A stretch of DNA of 61,842 nucleotides, filler included, from Choristocarpus tenellus KU-1152 (taxonomy: Eukaryota; Protista; Phaeophyceae), in the NCBI GenBank assembly GCA_964200185.2. It is 11 parts of 11 records of this genome, joined end to end, with 100 filler letters (N's around TTAATTAATTAA, not from the genome) between each part and the next. Parts side by side here need not be neighbours in the genome. Positions count along the whole stretch, not along the records: positions 1 to 9,101 come from CAXNAD020003982.1; positions 9,202 to 14,368 come from CAXNAD020011638.1; 9 more parts are not named here. One strand, written 5' to 3'. Below are positions 1 through 12,249 of the stretch, one piece after another. Each line of letters begins with the position of its first letter. Within the stretch, counting starts at the first letter, position 1. The translations under genes and the position numbers were made by a program. The notes beneath the pieces were generated by a model. The model saw only the letters and a list, made by a program, of their open reading frames with translations, did not search any database and was not told the origin of the DNA.

Positions 1-131
1 GTAGTAGTAGTAGTAGTAGTAGCGTGGCCAACTATGCCTTATTCCCGCCGACCCCACCTTTATTATTATTATTATCATTATCATCATCATTATTAGTAGT
101 ATTATCATTATTATTATTATTATTATTATTT

Positions 132-165
<34 letters not shown>

Positions 166-271
166 CGTGGCCAACTATGCCTTATTCCCGCCGACCCCAC
201 CTTTATTATTATTATTATCATTATCATCATCATTATTAGTAGTATTATCATTATTATTATTATTATTATTT

Positions 272-307
<36 letters not shown>
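1..307. repeat. Tandem duplication (period ~143 bp) built from (GTA)n/(TTA)n/(TCA)n microsatellites around a unique ~40-bp core
   Basis: The core gtggccaactatgccttattcccgccgaccccacc occurs at 24 and again at 167, each time followed by near-identical triplet arrays. Confidence 0.9.
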
Positions 308-1129
308 TTCTGGCTTTTGACATTTTCCAGATTTGTCACGGGAAAAGGCAATTCGATATGACAGGGATCTTAGTGGTTTCCAAGCATTGTCTTATAGTAT
401 TATTATGTTTAGGACATTTTATGTACACATATGACAGGGATTATTTTGTACTCCACATATATCAATATACCAAATTCAAAAATATTTTACCACTACTACA
501 AAAACTTACACACTTCTCATCACAAGTCTATGAAGTAACCTGAGTTTTCCTGACTAGAAGATTCTGGGAGGGATGATATACAAGGATTCCAGTGTTGAAT
601 AGGGTAAAAAGAAAATAATGAGAAGGCGGACGAAGAGTTAAGTACTGAGTGTCTAGGAGGTAGAAGAGGAAGAAAAGGTAGGAAGGGAAGGGACATAACA
701 AAAAGGTTAAGTTCAGGTTGGTGAGACAGGACAAGCACCACTACAAGAAGTCGACCTTAAAGCAATCTTTCAGCCTTTTCCACAAGAATTTCCCCACAAA
801 AGGTAAACGTTCATACCCCATCCCATGTTTATTTTTTCTATCTTTATCACTTCTTCTCTATTCCAAATAGTGTAACTCACAAAATGGTGCTACGTTCAAC
901 TACCACGTATGAAAGATGAAAAGTAGAACAAGAACAAATACATGATACAGAAATTTATTGAAACATGATCGATCACACAATACACATTAATTCCTAAAAA
1001 GAGTGCCAAACAATTAAAAATCGTTTGTTATATCTTCCTGCTAAGAACGCCATCCTCTACCCCCAATACCTTAATCAAACTGTCCTCTGAACACACTCAG
1101 ATCTCATTACATCCTCTGGTACTCCAGAT

Positions 1130-4100
1130 ATGGAGCATCTTTCTCCGGAACAACTCGGCTACGGCTCCATCACCGGGTCAAGAAATCAAGCGATAGGAAA
1201 GTCCTACCGTGATCAGCCTGATCCACACTCTGTAGGGACATCTAGACGCACCAAGTGGGTCAATGCCCTATTGCTCACAACAGGTGCAGGTGCCGTGGCG
1301 GCTCTTGCAGCCGCGTACGTTGGGGGCTCCTTCACAGCGACGGTCATGGAAAAATCTACGACAAATACGGAATTCTACGGAACACCAGAATGGCATGGTG
1401 TCACACCTCCCCTATCTGGCAATCCGGTACTCCTTCCCACTTCAATTGATGCAGGAGATCTCGGATTTCAAGCCCTAAATTACTACCACATTAGGGATGG
1501 AAAACCGGGATCCGCCTATCCCTGGTTGGAAGGTACTCAGTTGGTGGAGCCATTCAGTCCTACGGCGCTGTCGGTAAGAAAGCCAATCGATGGGATGACC
1601 TACCAGTGGACCATTACTCCTGCAACCGATGGGGCCAAGCCGGTGACGGTGATGGGAGACGGTGCTGTGGTGATGTTCGAGCATCAGGAGGAAAACACTG
1701 TAATGGTGGAGGAGTTAAATTCAGATGGCGTGATCGCGAGGCGTTTCAAGGATGTGGTGATGTGCAAGTATGTTCGAAGGGAGATTCGGACGCTGACCGA
1801 TGAAGATCGCTATGATCTCCTAGATGCGGTGAGTTGGGGGCACCTGGCACCAGAGATGTCTCTACTTGCAAACGTTTCCTAACCCCGCGAGATTACGTGA
1901 TCGTTAAATTGCTTTGCGGAGTATTGCGGCCACAGACAATGATATATTTCCCCCTCACAAAGTTTCGCGCCCTTGATTACAGCTATTCAATAATCCTCCA
2001 CCGTCTCACACCCAGAAGTCCTCTTTTTGTTTCAAACCTATTGTACCCTTCGCTTTAGATGTACATAATGTGGGAGCTTGGTACAGTGGAAGGGAGAGAA
2101 AAATACGGGCCTAACTACATGAGCGTTTGGGACCTGGGCTTGCTGCATTTCCTTGCCGGTGAAGACTTGGAATGCGACCATGTGAGACACCGTAGACGAG
2201 GAGTGTACTTGTGACCCAAAGCATTTAAGAGGGTAGGGCATTTGCCCTGTTTGTCCGTTCGTGGATTAGCTTCCCACAGGTTTTTCATAACCTTTGTTCG
2301 GTTTTCTATGTGAACACAGTTACCTGAAATGTATACGACTATGAAAGGTGTGTGTCTGGAGCAAGGATATTGATACTTGACAACAAACACGATAGCCAAA
2401 ATTTATCAAATCCCAACATCGAACTTTCGAACCCAAATGGACTCAGCCCTGCCCTCTTAAATGCCTTGGCTCCGTGTAATTGTGGTGGGGGGATCTGCAA
2501 CATGTTGTATTTCAAATGTCAAACTACGGTTCAATATTGAGAACTGCACAACAACGAGGTACTCAAGTCGGTGTTGTTCGCATTGATTGATGTGACCGGC
2601 CAATTCCTATACACTGTGTGCTCATTTCGTGCCCCCTGTTTGCTTTCTGTCAGTTCCACCATGGTCTAGGGTTCCTGACAAGCCACGTGCTGATCACCAA
2701 TGTGTTTGAAGTCAGTCTGCAGACAATCAATCCCAGGCTGACCATGCCATATTGGGACTTCACAATTGAGACAGCAATGGGACCTGACACAGATTTCCAA
2801 AAGCTCAGTCCACTCTTTAGGGAATCATGGTTTGGAGGCCATGACCCTGAAGACTTTCAGGTGTGTACTTGTAAATTGCCCTGGGATATGTGCTGCTTCA
2901 TGTTGAAACATAGGTTACTTTCTCCTAGTCCATAGTTATAGTTCAGTACCATCAACAAGTGCTCACTGTTGATTCTTCGACTAGTATTGATCGCTTAGGG
3001 TGTAAGCACTTGGATCGCACATGCACCGCTCCACACAGGTACACTGGATTTTCATGCTTTCCTATTGACTTAATTAACATGCCACGAATTGTAACCAACT
3101 TGTAGTGTTACTTTTGCCTAATGGAGAGCCTTGTCATATACCTATGTAGTGACATACATCTATGAGGTACAAACTACCGTTGGTGTATAGGAAGGGCTTC
3201 ATTACAAAGCAGTCCAGACTCTGCAGTTGTGTTTGTTATTCTCCGTCTTGTATGTAGCTCTTTATTACCGTTTCTACCATTATCTCCACGTTTTAGTGTG
3301 GCAACTGTCCCGACTTGTTTTCAGAGCCCATACACATTGTGCTACTTCTCACATTAACTACTGAAACAAGCTGTTGCCCTGCGACTAATGTACTGCTTCT
3401 GTTCGTGAGTTACTTCTTGTGCATTGGGTTCACAGTCATCCCACTGCTCACTATGCACCTCCTCCCTCCAATGTTGTGCTGGGGCCCAACTCTGTGTCAC
3501 CCAGCAATGAAACCTTCATCGTCCTTCTTTGTTCTGGTGCTTTTGCAGCATGGCTACAGATAGAGTAGTACAGAAGGTGTACAATTTGTAGTGTTTGCCA
3601 TGTCAACGTTTGGATCATTGGAACCAAATTTCCATGAACAGAAGTCTGGCATTGATGGGGATCGAACCCTCAAGATTCATTTGAGGGAAGGGCCTCCACA
3701 AATCGCTGAGCCTAGATAATGCCTTGTTCCTTGATGACGACACCTGAAAGATGTTCGGGGGCATAAAATGATACGATGAAAGACCTCAATATGTATGACA
3801 AATTCAGGTACACCACCCTATCTGTAAATGCCTTGAAAATCTGTTGGAAACATTATTTTTGATACGGTTTTCTCACAGACTGGCTGTGTGCACGCTGGGA
3901 TACTTCACTGGTTGTGCGTTTCGCAACGTATATGTGTACGCATGATAATAACCCAATTTCATAAATATACTCATGTATAGATGACGGGAGATATTGCCTA
4001 TCAAATATTAAGCTCTGATACCGCAGTACTGCAAAGCGGTGTTTCTCTGACATCTGAACTTCAACTGAAAGTGATGATTTCTCTACAAGTCTACATGGCA

Positions 4101-6463
4101 TAGTGTGCTAACTATTATAGCTGACTAATATTTTCCGTTTATGCCCTACATAACCAGGTGAAGGATGGTCGTTGGGGAAACCTGGAGATTCCCGATGTAT
4201 CGCCAGAGATGAACAATGATGGACTGGGAAATGTGTATGGCAAGCTGAGGGCTCCTTGGAACACAAACAGTCGCGAGTGAGCACTATCTCCCCATGAGCT
4301 ATGGACAATTATGAGGACATTCAAGTGTTGCTTCAAAGCCCTTAGCTGGCATAACCATTTTCTTAATTGCTGCAATGTACACAGTACATGTGATGGTGTG
4401 AGCACACTCCAATTGATCGCAACAGAGTTCAGATGTCTTAGCATCATATGAATTAAATATGTCGTATTCAAGATAAAGTTGGCTTGGAAGTCGTCCTGCT
4501 GAATCACTCGTCACAGTTACTCCCTTTTGTTTTCTTATCCAGACCACACTGCGACCTTTGCATTTGCATCCCCCAGTTACATTTCTCGTGGATTTGGAGA
4601 GTTCTGTGGGGGAGATGCAACATCAGCGCAGTCACTCCCATCATGTGCAGACCACTACAGCCTCACAACCGATTACAACACCTTCTATGGCTGGTCATGG
4701 TTCGCTTTAGTGGACCCACATGGTCCTATTCACCTGTGGATAGGTGGTCTCCTGGACTGTCAGGATACTTTCAATGAGATCAATGGTCTTGTGGGGCGAG
4801 ACACAACAGAATGGCTAAGGATGCTGTCTATTGCTCACCGGAAGATTCTTTACCGGGCTGGCTTCCTCTTCTGCAAAGATGACGTTCCTCAGTATCTCGA
4901 CACATTTGAGGTGAGCCGATACCATGTGGCTAGCCCCGAGAACATCCACATATATAGGCTTTGGGTGTGAAATATCGAGACTATGATTAACTCCTGAAAT
5001 GTTTTTTTTCTCAGGATATGCCCCTTCAGTTAACAGCAATATATATCTCGAGGTAAGCAGCAGCACATTGGTTTGGCACAATATTCGGGAAAGAAAATGA
5101 AATAATGATTCGTGATAGGGAGAAGACAATTGCTTTACTCATAAACCACGTTGCCACACCCTTCACTCATGCTCACTTGACAATTCTATTTTTGGTGTAG
5201 AGTCAGTTTGTAGTAAGCACCTATTTGCATACCAAACATGAGACCTGTTTCACTCCAAGCTCAAGATTCGAGTGGATTTACATCCTGCAGCAGCCCCAAG
5301 TGTATAGGTAGTATCTCAATTTCGGTTTGCAGGTGGATGGAGTGTGTGTTCGAAATGTTGATCAAACTATCCTGTCGTTGCACAGTCCAGTTGAATCTTA
5401 TTACACCTTCCATTTCTCAACACACATGATCATGTTATGCCTGGATGGACAGGTCTTTGATCAAGGCTACTGCGGGTGCTTGAACCACAACTTTGACAAG
5501 GGCTCCGACGATTATCTGGAAATCCTGGAGGTGATGGGTGTTGCTGATAGGTTGGTGAGCGCCGAAGACTATGATGAAGACACCAGGCGTGAGGTGGCTC
5601 GCCTCCTATGTAACAAACCGGTGAATGATGGCGACCATGTTCAGGCCAGTTCTCCTTTGGATCCCACATTCTGGCCTACGCATGGCACCATGGAGAGGCT
5701 CATGCAATACAAGGTGAGCTTGAGGATATGTAGCAGCATGCCAAAGGCAGTGAGTCCACACATCACTATGCCCTTAGCATCTAGTGTTGACTATTGTGTA
5801 GTTGCCATGCTTTGGTGGTGCTTGTTTGGGCATACATGACTATTCTTTAATTAACGTAGTGATATACATAGCAAAGAGCAGAAAAGAACTGAACCCATAT
5901 CTATGCCCTTCCCCATGAATTGCTTCAAATGGCACAATCAGATGTTGACGGGTACTCTGACTGATACCACCTGGCCGGACCACACTGCGGTCTACACTGA
6001 TGAGGACGGAGAGACGTTTGATATCATTGTTAGCTCTGATGAGTCTGGGCAATGTGTAGGACATCGCGGTAGCGACAAGTTCCCCTTTGGCTTCAAGGAA
6101 ACCACGGGTCAGACGCTGCCTGTTACTATCTGGGGGGAAACTGCAATCGATAAGTTCACCAACCGTGAAGTTCTCAGGGCCCTGGACCCACGTCATAATG
6201 CTCTTCCCTACATCTACGATACATTCACCTGGCCGCACTGTGAGAAGATTGGCTACGACTTCCATGATGCATGGGACACAGCTGGTTACGGAATGGGAGC
6301 TGCTGCTGCTGCTGCTGCTGCTGCTGTAGAGGGTGAGTCTCAACGTGTTCGACTTGAAACAAATGTTACACCACTGGGAAAGGCTGGTGATAACTATGCC
6401 ATTTTCAAGGAGGGGGCTCCCCGGCATGATCCCTGGACAAACTTGATGGAGAAGGGGTTATGA
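1130..6463 (+). CDS. Tyrosinase-like (type-3 di-copper) protein, ~754 aa, N-terminal membrane anchor, 7 exons
   Basis: Exons 1130-1828, 2059-2181, 2654-2860, 4158-4276, 4577-4910, 5453-5713, 5942-6463, all GT-AG and in phase. Motifs: VRREIRTL (domain start), CuA His in LLH..CDHFH..FLTSH, PYWD, CuB HGPIH and DPTFWPTH. Hydrophobic helix at about aa 44-66. Confidence 0.88.
2213..2472 (+). mobile_element. MITE family B, full-length diverged copy in tyrosinase intron 2
   Basis: TIRs gacccaaagcatttaagagggt / gccctcttaaatgccttggctc. Interior aligns by eye with 55702-55959 and with 8439-8674 (reverse). TSD not clean. Confidence 0.8.
3640..3717 (-). mobile_element. tRNA-derived SINE head or tRNA pseudogene in tyrosinase intron 3
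   Basis: The minus strand reads taggctcagcg (A-box-like) then gggttcgatcccc (B-box) at tRNA-like spacing. No intact cloverleaf was found. Confidence 0.35.
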
Positions 6464-8438
6464 TGTAGATGCAGTGTTGTGGATACGATTATGATGTATT
6501 GGTGAGAAAGTGTGCTAGTTATTTTCGAAGTGCTGTGGTGGCTTGTTCAATCGTGTGCATGCTCGAATGTGAATAGTAGTGTATTGCAAGATTCTTCTGT
6601 AAACTCAATGGCCGAAGGCTCTATATGTGAGAAGCTGGGCTATGGTGTTGGACAGATACTTTGTTCCCTGATGGGAACTGGTTTCTGCAGCATGGCCGTT
6701 CTGTGTGTGTTGTGGTTATGCATTTGACTTAAGCTTAGCTGTTGTAGTATCAGAGTTGTGAATAAATCGTTTTGGTATATGCTGAGTTGGACCAGAGACT
6801 CTTAATGTACTTGATCGATTGAAGTATGTGGTCTGTGGAGGGAAAAGTCGTTTAGATGGTCAGGGGTCCAGACCCGCAAGGGCTCGATTTTCATCTACTT
6901 GTTTTTGTGATCTCTCCCTGCAACAAGATACATCCATTTGTCGTTTGTGAGAGAGAGGGCATCAGCCCAAGTTTTGCTCAGGAAATATCAGAGAATATCT
7001 TACTCAAGTGTTGATCTCAATTCTAAGAATAACTTCCATCAAAGATGTTTTCTTTACAAAGCCCTTTTCAATACATAGGTGGTGCTGCTGTTGATACACT
7101 TTAAATACTACTGGTGGAGTAGGCAATGGGAGGTATAGAGTCAGTGATAGATCTACCGACTAATTGTTACTTTGTATTTGTCTGAGCAATGTGTTTTTGT
7201 ATCTGATCCATGGCATCACATACCAGATGTCTCTCATTGGCTCAAGTTCTGTCATTTTTGTGTTCTGTTCTAGATATTCTGTTCATGCAATAGATAAGTA
7301 AGAATGTACTACGAGGTAGGTAGACAATGGACGATTACAAATCCTACGTTATTTTAGGAAAGGACGGGTTGTTTCGCCCTACCTGTTTGTCGAGACCAAT
7401 CCAATCTATAACATTTACCTCTGAATAATCAACACGTTAATTCATACCAAGTTATTATGTCTTGCTCCAGTACACCATATGCACTACAGGCTCAAGGGGG
7501 AGTATATTAGGCGCATTCAACAGTACAGTTAGTACTTTCTGCTTGGAGTATATATATCCTCTTGACAACAATATACAGATGATGTAGCTGCAATTCCAGA
7601 CTAGATCTATGAATCCTAACCCTAGAAACCATTGTTGTGGCTACGTACTGCTGCCATGACTGGACTCGAGTCTGAAGGTAGTAACTATGTTTGGTCATCA
7701 TACTTGCAGTCTCACATGCATCCACCTTCTGCCAGTTACTGGACACGAATTTCAGCTATTTCAATACTCCTAGATGCTGGTAATGTGCGATCAGATAGAG
7801 TCTGGCTCTATAACGAGGATAGCTAAACACACAGGAAAGTTTAACCAAGTGTGCATGGGCCAAAGGCCTCTCCCACGGGCACTTGAGCAGTCCATTGAAT
7901 ACCCCACTGCCATTATTCGTTGATGGCTCTAATTCCTTGATCTTGCATTATGTGTTGCTTCCCTCTGAGTACCTTTTGGCCGCAAGGTCGGCACTCTCAG
8001 ACAAACAACTAGTGCTTCGAAGTATAGTTGGTGACAACAATAATAGTACTACGTTTTTGTGTGTTTGTACCTGAATGGGAACCCAATAAGAGATGATGTA
8101 GCTAGTTCCATGTGGATCAACCATCTCTAGCTTGTTTTTATTTCTTATACTGTAAACAATGGAGTATATACATGTTAATAATGGTGCGTTGCTAAGAAGG
8201 AGGAATAGCATCTGATCGATCAAAATCTTACCCCATGCATTTGAAGCTCAGGATGACAAGGCCAACATTCTGCATAGGTTGCAATAGTCAATTAATATAT
8301 GGTACTAATGCTGTGGTCTTCAAGGACTTGGGGATACGTAGGATGTGCCAAGAAACATTTAATTGTCAAAGCATGGAACAACAACTATTATAGCCTTAAT
8401 GCTGTTTTTTCTAAGTTACATGACTCTTTCCAATGAAA

Positions 8439-8674
8439 GACCCAAAGCAACGAAGAGGTTAGGGCCGCCTCCTTCGGGGTCGTAAGTTCAATGTTGCGAT
8501 TTTGATTTATTTTGGCTATGGCGTTTGTTAGCAAGTGCCAATATCCTTGCTCCGGACACACCTTTCATCGTCGTATACATTTTAGGTAACCCGTGTTCAC
8601 ACGCGAGACCGAAAAAGGGCAAAAAAAAATGTGGCAAGCCAAACCCTGAACGTACAAACAGAGCAAACTCCTAC
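8439..8674 (-). mobile_element. MITE family B, diverged reverse copy, one TIR lost
   Basis: Starts gacccaaagcaacgaagaggttag. Interior atatccttgctccggacacacctttcat is the reverse complement of the interior of 2213-2472 and 55702-55959. Confidence 0.75.
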
Positions 8675-9031
8675 TATCAAGTTGAGACAAATAAGAGCAC
8701 TAACCCAATATAATTAAAATAGGTAGTGCCACCTACCTTTGGGTTGTGAACAGACCCAGTCCGTACCCTCTTGTCTATCACATTTCGTGTGAAACAGACA
8801 TAATCAGACCTTTTTAGTCACGCTATACTTGCAACAAGCATGAATTACCATCGTTATAAACTTACATGGTTGTGTGAGGTACCGAGGTGGTTCATGGTGA
8901 TACAAAAATATATTTCTACAAACTTGCACCACTACTACTACTACTACTGTGGTGGTATGCCACTTGTCTATTGCCTGCTGTCAACAAAACTGAAAAAAAT
9001 GGGGTGCTGAGTGGTGGTGAGCGGTGTAAGT

Positions 9032-9101
9032 GACTCAAAGTTAGGGGGGGGGGGGGTCTACACCAGGGGGTCCATTCGGACCAAAATCAAGAAAGTGCAT
9101 T
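9032..9101 (-). mobile_element. MITE family A end, cut by the contig end
   Basis: gactcaaagtt-G-tract-tctacaccagggggtccatt matches the reverse complement of the right end of 17621-17801. Confidence 0.75.
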
Positions 9102-9201
9102 NNNNNNNNNNNNNNNNNNNNNNNNNNNNNNNNNNNNNNNNNNNNTTAATTAATTAANNNNNNNNNNNNNNNNNNNNNNNNNNNNNNNNNNNNNNNNNNN
9201 N
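9102..9201. other. Artificial contig linker (N44-TTAATTAATTAA-N44); identical linkers at 14369-14468, 25963-26062, 30559-30658, 40720-40819, 43353-43452, 47109-47208, 49950-50049, 55178-55277, 58719-58818
   Basis: Ten identical 100-bp spacers whose core places stop codons in all six frames. Genes are truncated at them. Confidence 0.97.
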
Positions 9202-9358
9202 GGGGGGGGGTTACACCAGGGTGTCCATTTGGGCCATAACCAGGAAAAGCATACTTATTTTATCCATCCGATGTATGCAACCAAATGACCCAAAAATCGC
9301 GACATGAAAAAATTGGCCCCAAATGCACAGCCGCTCCCCCCCCCAGATACTTTGAGCC
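9202..9358 (-). mobile_element. MITE family A, near-complete reverse copy at a contig start
   Basis: Ends ccccagatactttgagcc. Interior tatccatccgatgtatgcaaccaaatgacccaaaaatcgc is the reverse complement of the interior of 17621-17801. Confidence 0.85.
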
Positions 9359-10510
9359 TTGACCCTTTTTAGCTACATCAAGTGATTTACTTCTAATATA
9401 TCCATTCTTTCTTTCTCGAACACTGTGAATATTGCTATTCCTCCATCTAGTTTTTGATCACGGGTTTGGGCCCCCCAGACTAATGTCAATAATAATGAAA
9501 GCTTAAAAAAAAACAGGCTATGGGATACAATACCCAACCCGAAAAAGAACTCTCCAATTCAACAGGAGCAACTTTAAGGCAATCCAGCAGAGCCCTATTA
9601 ATTAACCCACAATTAGCTGAAGTCAACCCTAACCCTATCCCTAGTACAACCAGGTGCGGTAGAGAAACTTATAACACAACACTATTGATTCCGTAACACT
9701 CTGCTGGTAACTGACATGTATCACATCGTATTGCAACACCACTGCCCTCCTTCACCCTGAGACGATTTTTCGGCATTTCGTAGTCTGCACATGGCCTACA
9801 GACACCACCAGTGGGAACCCTTCCTTGCAGCACTCTGTTTCTCTGCTTGAGAAGCATGATGTACAACATCCAACTTTGTTTGAACTCTCCCATTCAGTGT
9901 ACACTAATGACAAAAACACTATCTTAACTCTTAGCACGCAGTTGAACAGAAAAGCTCAAAGTGAACTATTCCTGTGTTCCAGTGGACAACAATGTCACTG
10001 AAAATTACACTCATTACTTCAATGCACATGGTATGCAATCAGATCGATACTATAATGAAAATACAGAGTTACACGCCACCGTACACCATGTAGGTCCCCT
10101 GCAAGTCCTGACTCTCTTTCGGAGGCAACAGGAAACAGGAAGCACCCTATTTGAGATAAGAATATATGTTTAATATATTAAAAAACAAGTAACCACTGAA
10201 GCAGAGTCAATGGCAACACAAACTGGTGCCAAGCAGCACTGTGCCATCTATCCATCAATTCTTGTCCCCCTCAAAATGAGATCAATTTTACAAGAGCCAA
10301 GTTCCTCATACACCATAGCTCCAATAGAGTCAAAGCACTACAACAAGAACGAATTCTCACGGTGGACAGATCTAGAGACAAATGACTTAACAAATAGAAA
10401 TAATAAAATAACTATGAGTGTGGGACCATACCACCCAATGCGTTGGGGACGCAGAAAAATAATTAAACAGTCCCTTCATATCCATATTTTTCTGATTTTT
10501 ATTTTTTTGT

Positions 10511-12249
10511 TCAGCCCAAAGTGGTGCTCCCATTGCCCTGTCCGTCCATTGACAATAGCCCCCTGCCATCAACGTGCTTCTTGGCCATCCTCTGCAAGCG
10601 CCACACCTTCTTTCGCTCTGCAAGCCAGTGATAAAAGTTGTCCTCTAGCACCGGTGTCTTCTGAGCCTCTCTTGTCACCTTCATCGAGCTCCACTGCCAC
10701 TTTCGTTGCTTGAGCCACCTGCAGCGTAGAAATACAGACAAGACAGATATGTCATTGGGTGGGCTTGCACTGGAAGGGAAGACTCTGAGCTCAGAATTGC
10801 TTACAAGGTGGTCACTGTGTTATCATCACCCTCTCGCAAAACAGGTCAACCATGTTGTATCTACTACCTCCTCTGACGAGCAGGAATGGATAAGAGCACG
10901 GAGGGATAAGGCTATTAGGTCACTTGTGCGTCACCCTGTCAATGTTTTGTCACCACACTACTAATAGTGCCCCAGCAATCAACTGACTGCAATGATTCAA
11001 TAGATCAAGCCAGCAGATCAAAGTACCCCACCATGGAGTCTGCACTTATTTCTATCACAAAATCCATGGCAACAAAGCTTCATAGAGCGGTATGTCGTTG
11101 GAGTTGGATTCCACACTTTAATCCTAAAACCAGTATCATTTAGTCGGCTTATCTCTAAAGTGCAGATCCGTAGGATGAATTCGAGGTGGTACAATTTAAA
11201 TGACTAATGCAAACAAAACATAGATTTCAAAAGGCTTGGAGTATATATAATCTCCCTTTTTCTCATCCCATATTGCTTAACACCCTCCTTCTACACATGC
11301 ACCCTAGAGACAGAGATACACATGGTGTATTTCAAGCTCGTATCAGTCTCTCCCTCCACTTTCAAGTGTCAGTACATGACTCATTCTGATTCGTAACCCT
11401 TTATCGTATGACAAATTTATGATCAAATGATAAACCAATTGTGTAACCATGCTGTTAAGTGATTGCTTTGTGCTTTATTGACTCGACAGTAAGGACAAGA
11501 GCGCAACAGAGGTGAAGTTGGTTTTTTACTTGCCTTGGGAAATCCTCTTCGGGTGTGAGTCGCCGCCTCAATTTCTTGTCCAGGCGATGCTGGCGCCACT
11601 GTTGCTTGCGACACGCCAGCCACATGTAAAAGTTACTCTCTAGGTTGGGAACCATCTGTCCAATGTCTGGCAGATTGTTTCCCGCATGATTGAAGTACGC
11701 TGCCCGCATCATCTCGAACGTGTCGACAGTCTGGGGGCAGGAAGTGGAGTCAACATAGGTAATGTCATACCCTAGAGAGTAGTCTTGCAAATCTCAACCA
11801 CCAACTGCGCCGAATTTAGTAATAAACGTTTGCGAGGCATGTTGACAACCCAGTACCACCCCCAAGACCATGACACCTTGTCTCCTTAGAGACACTTTTG
11901 TGCACACTAAAATAACAACTCAAACAAGTAAGTCCGACCAGGACTTTTCCCGGGTAGTGGGTGCGCGAGGGCGGGAGCTCGACTCTATGCACGAACTAAT
12001 AATAAGGATGGTACTGAGGGTAGCGTGTCTGACCTGTGCAATATCTTCCATATCAGGTGGCCAAGTGATGCTCACAGGTCGGCATTCTGTGTGAGCTGGA
12101 TCAAATGCATCCACGGCCTCCTCCACTATGGCCAACGCCGTATCTAGTCCCCACTCCGACTCACGGTCTACATCCGGTTTGTACGGAAGAGCACACACAA
12201 TATACGAAGGTCCTTCCCCTCCAGCGATATGTGTGCCTGTAGATTCCAT
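10511..12249 (-). CDS. Uncharacterised 206-aa protein with three F-x-x-W-L-x-x-R-K-x-x-W motifs, 3 exons
   Basis: Exons 12249-12034, 11730-11534, 10718-10511. Intron 1 is GT-AG; intron 2 is GC-AG (aag|gcaagt). Motifs NFYMWLACRKQQWR, DFPRWLKQRKWQW (formed only across the GC-AG junction) and NFYHWLAERKKVWR. The start codon is inferred; a 5' exon cannot be excluded. Confidence 0.7.

Noticed and set aside
24-361. Poly-Leu/Val/Tyr membrane-protein ORFs
   Set aside because: Translations of triplet microsatellites.
520-741. LINE RT C-terminal remnant (FSFYPIQHWN..LP)
   Set aside because: One short motif in low-complexity purine-rich sequence; too weak to call.
2213-2472. MITEs acting as introner (intron-creating) elements
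   Set aside because: Copies lie inside pre-existing introns or between genes; their ends do not coincide with splice sites.
9102-9201. Recurring palindromic TTAATTAATTAA as a biological repeat or recombination site
   Set aside because: Always centred in exactly 44+44 Ns and encodes stops in all six frames, so it is an assembly concatenation linker.
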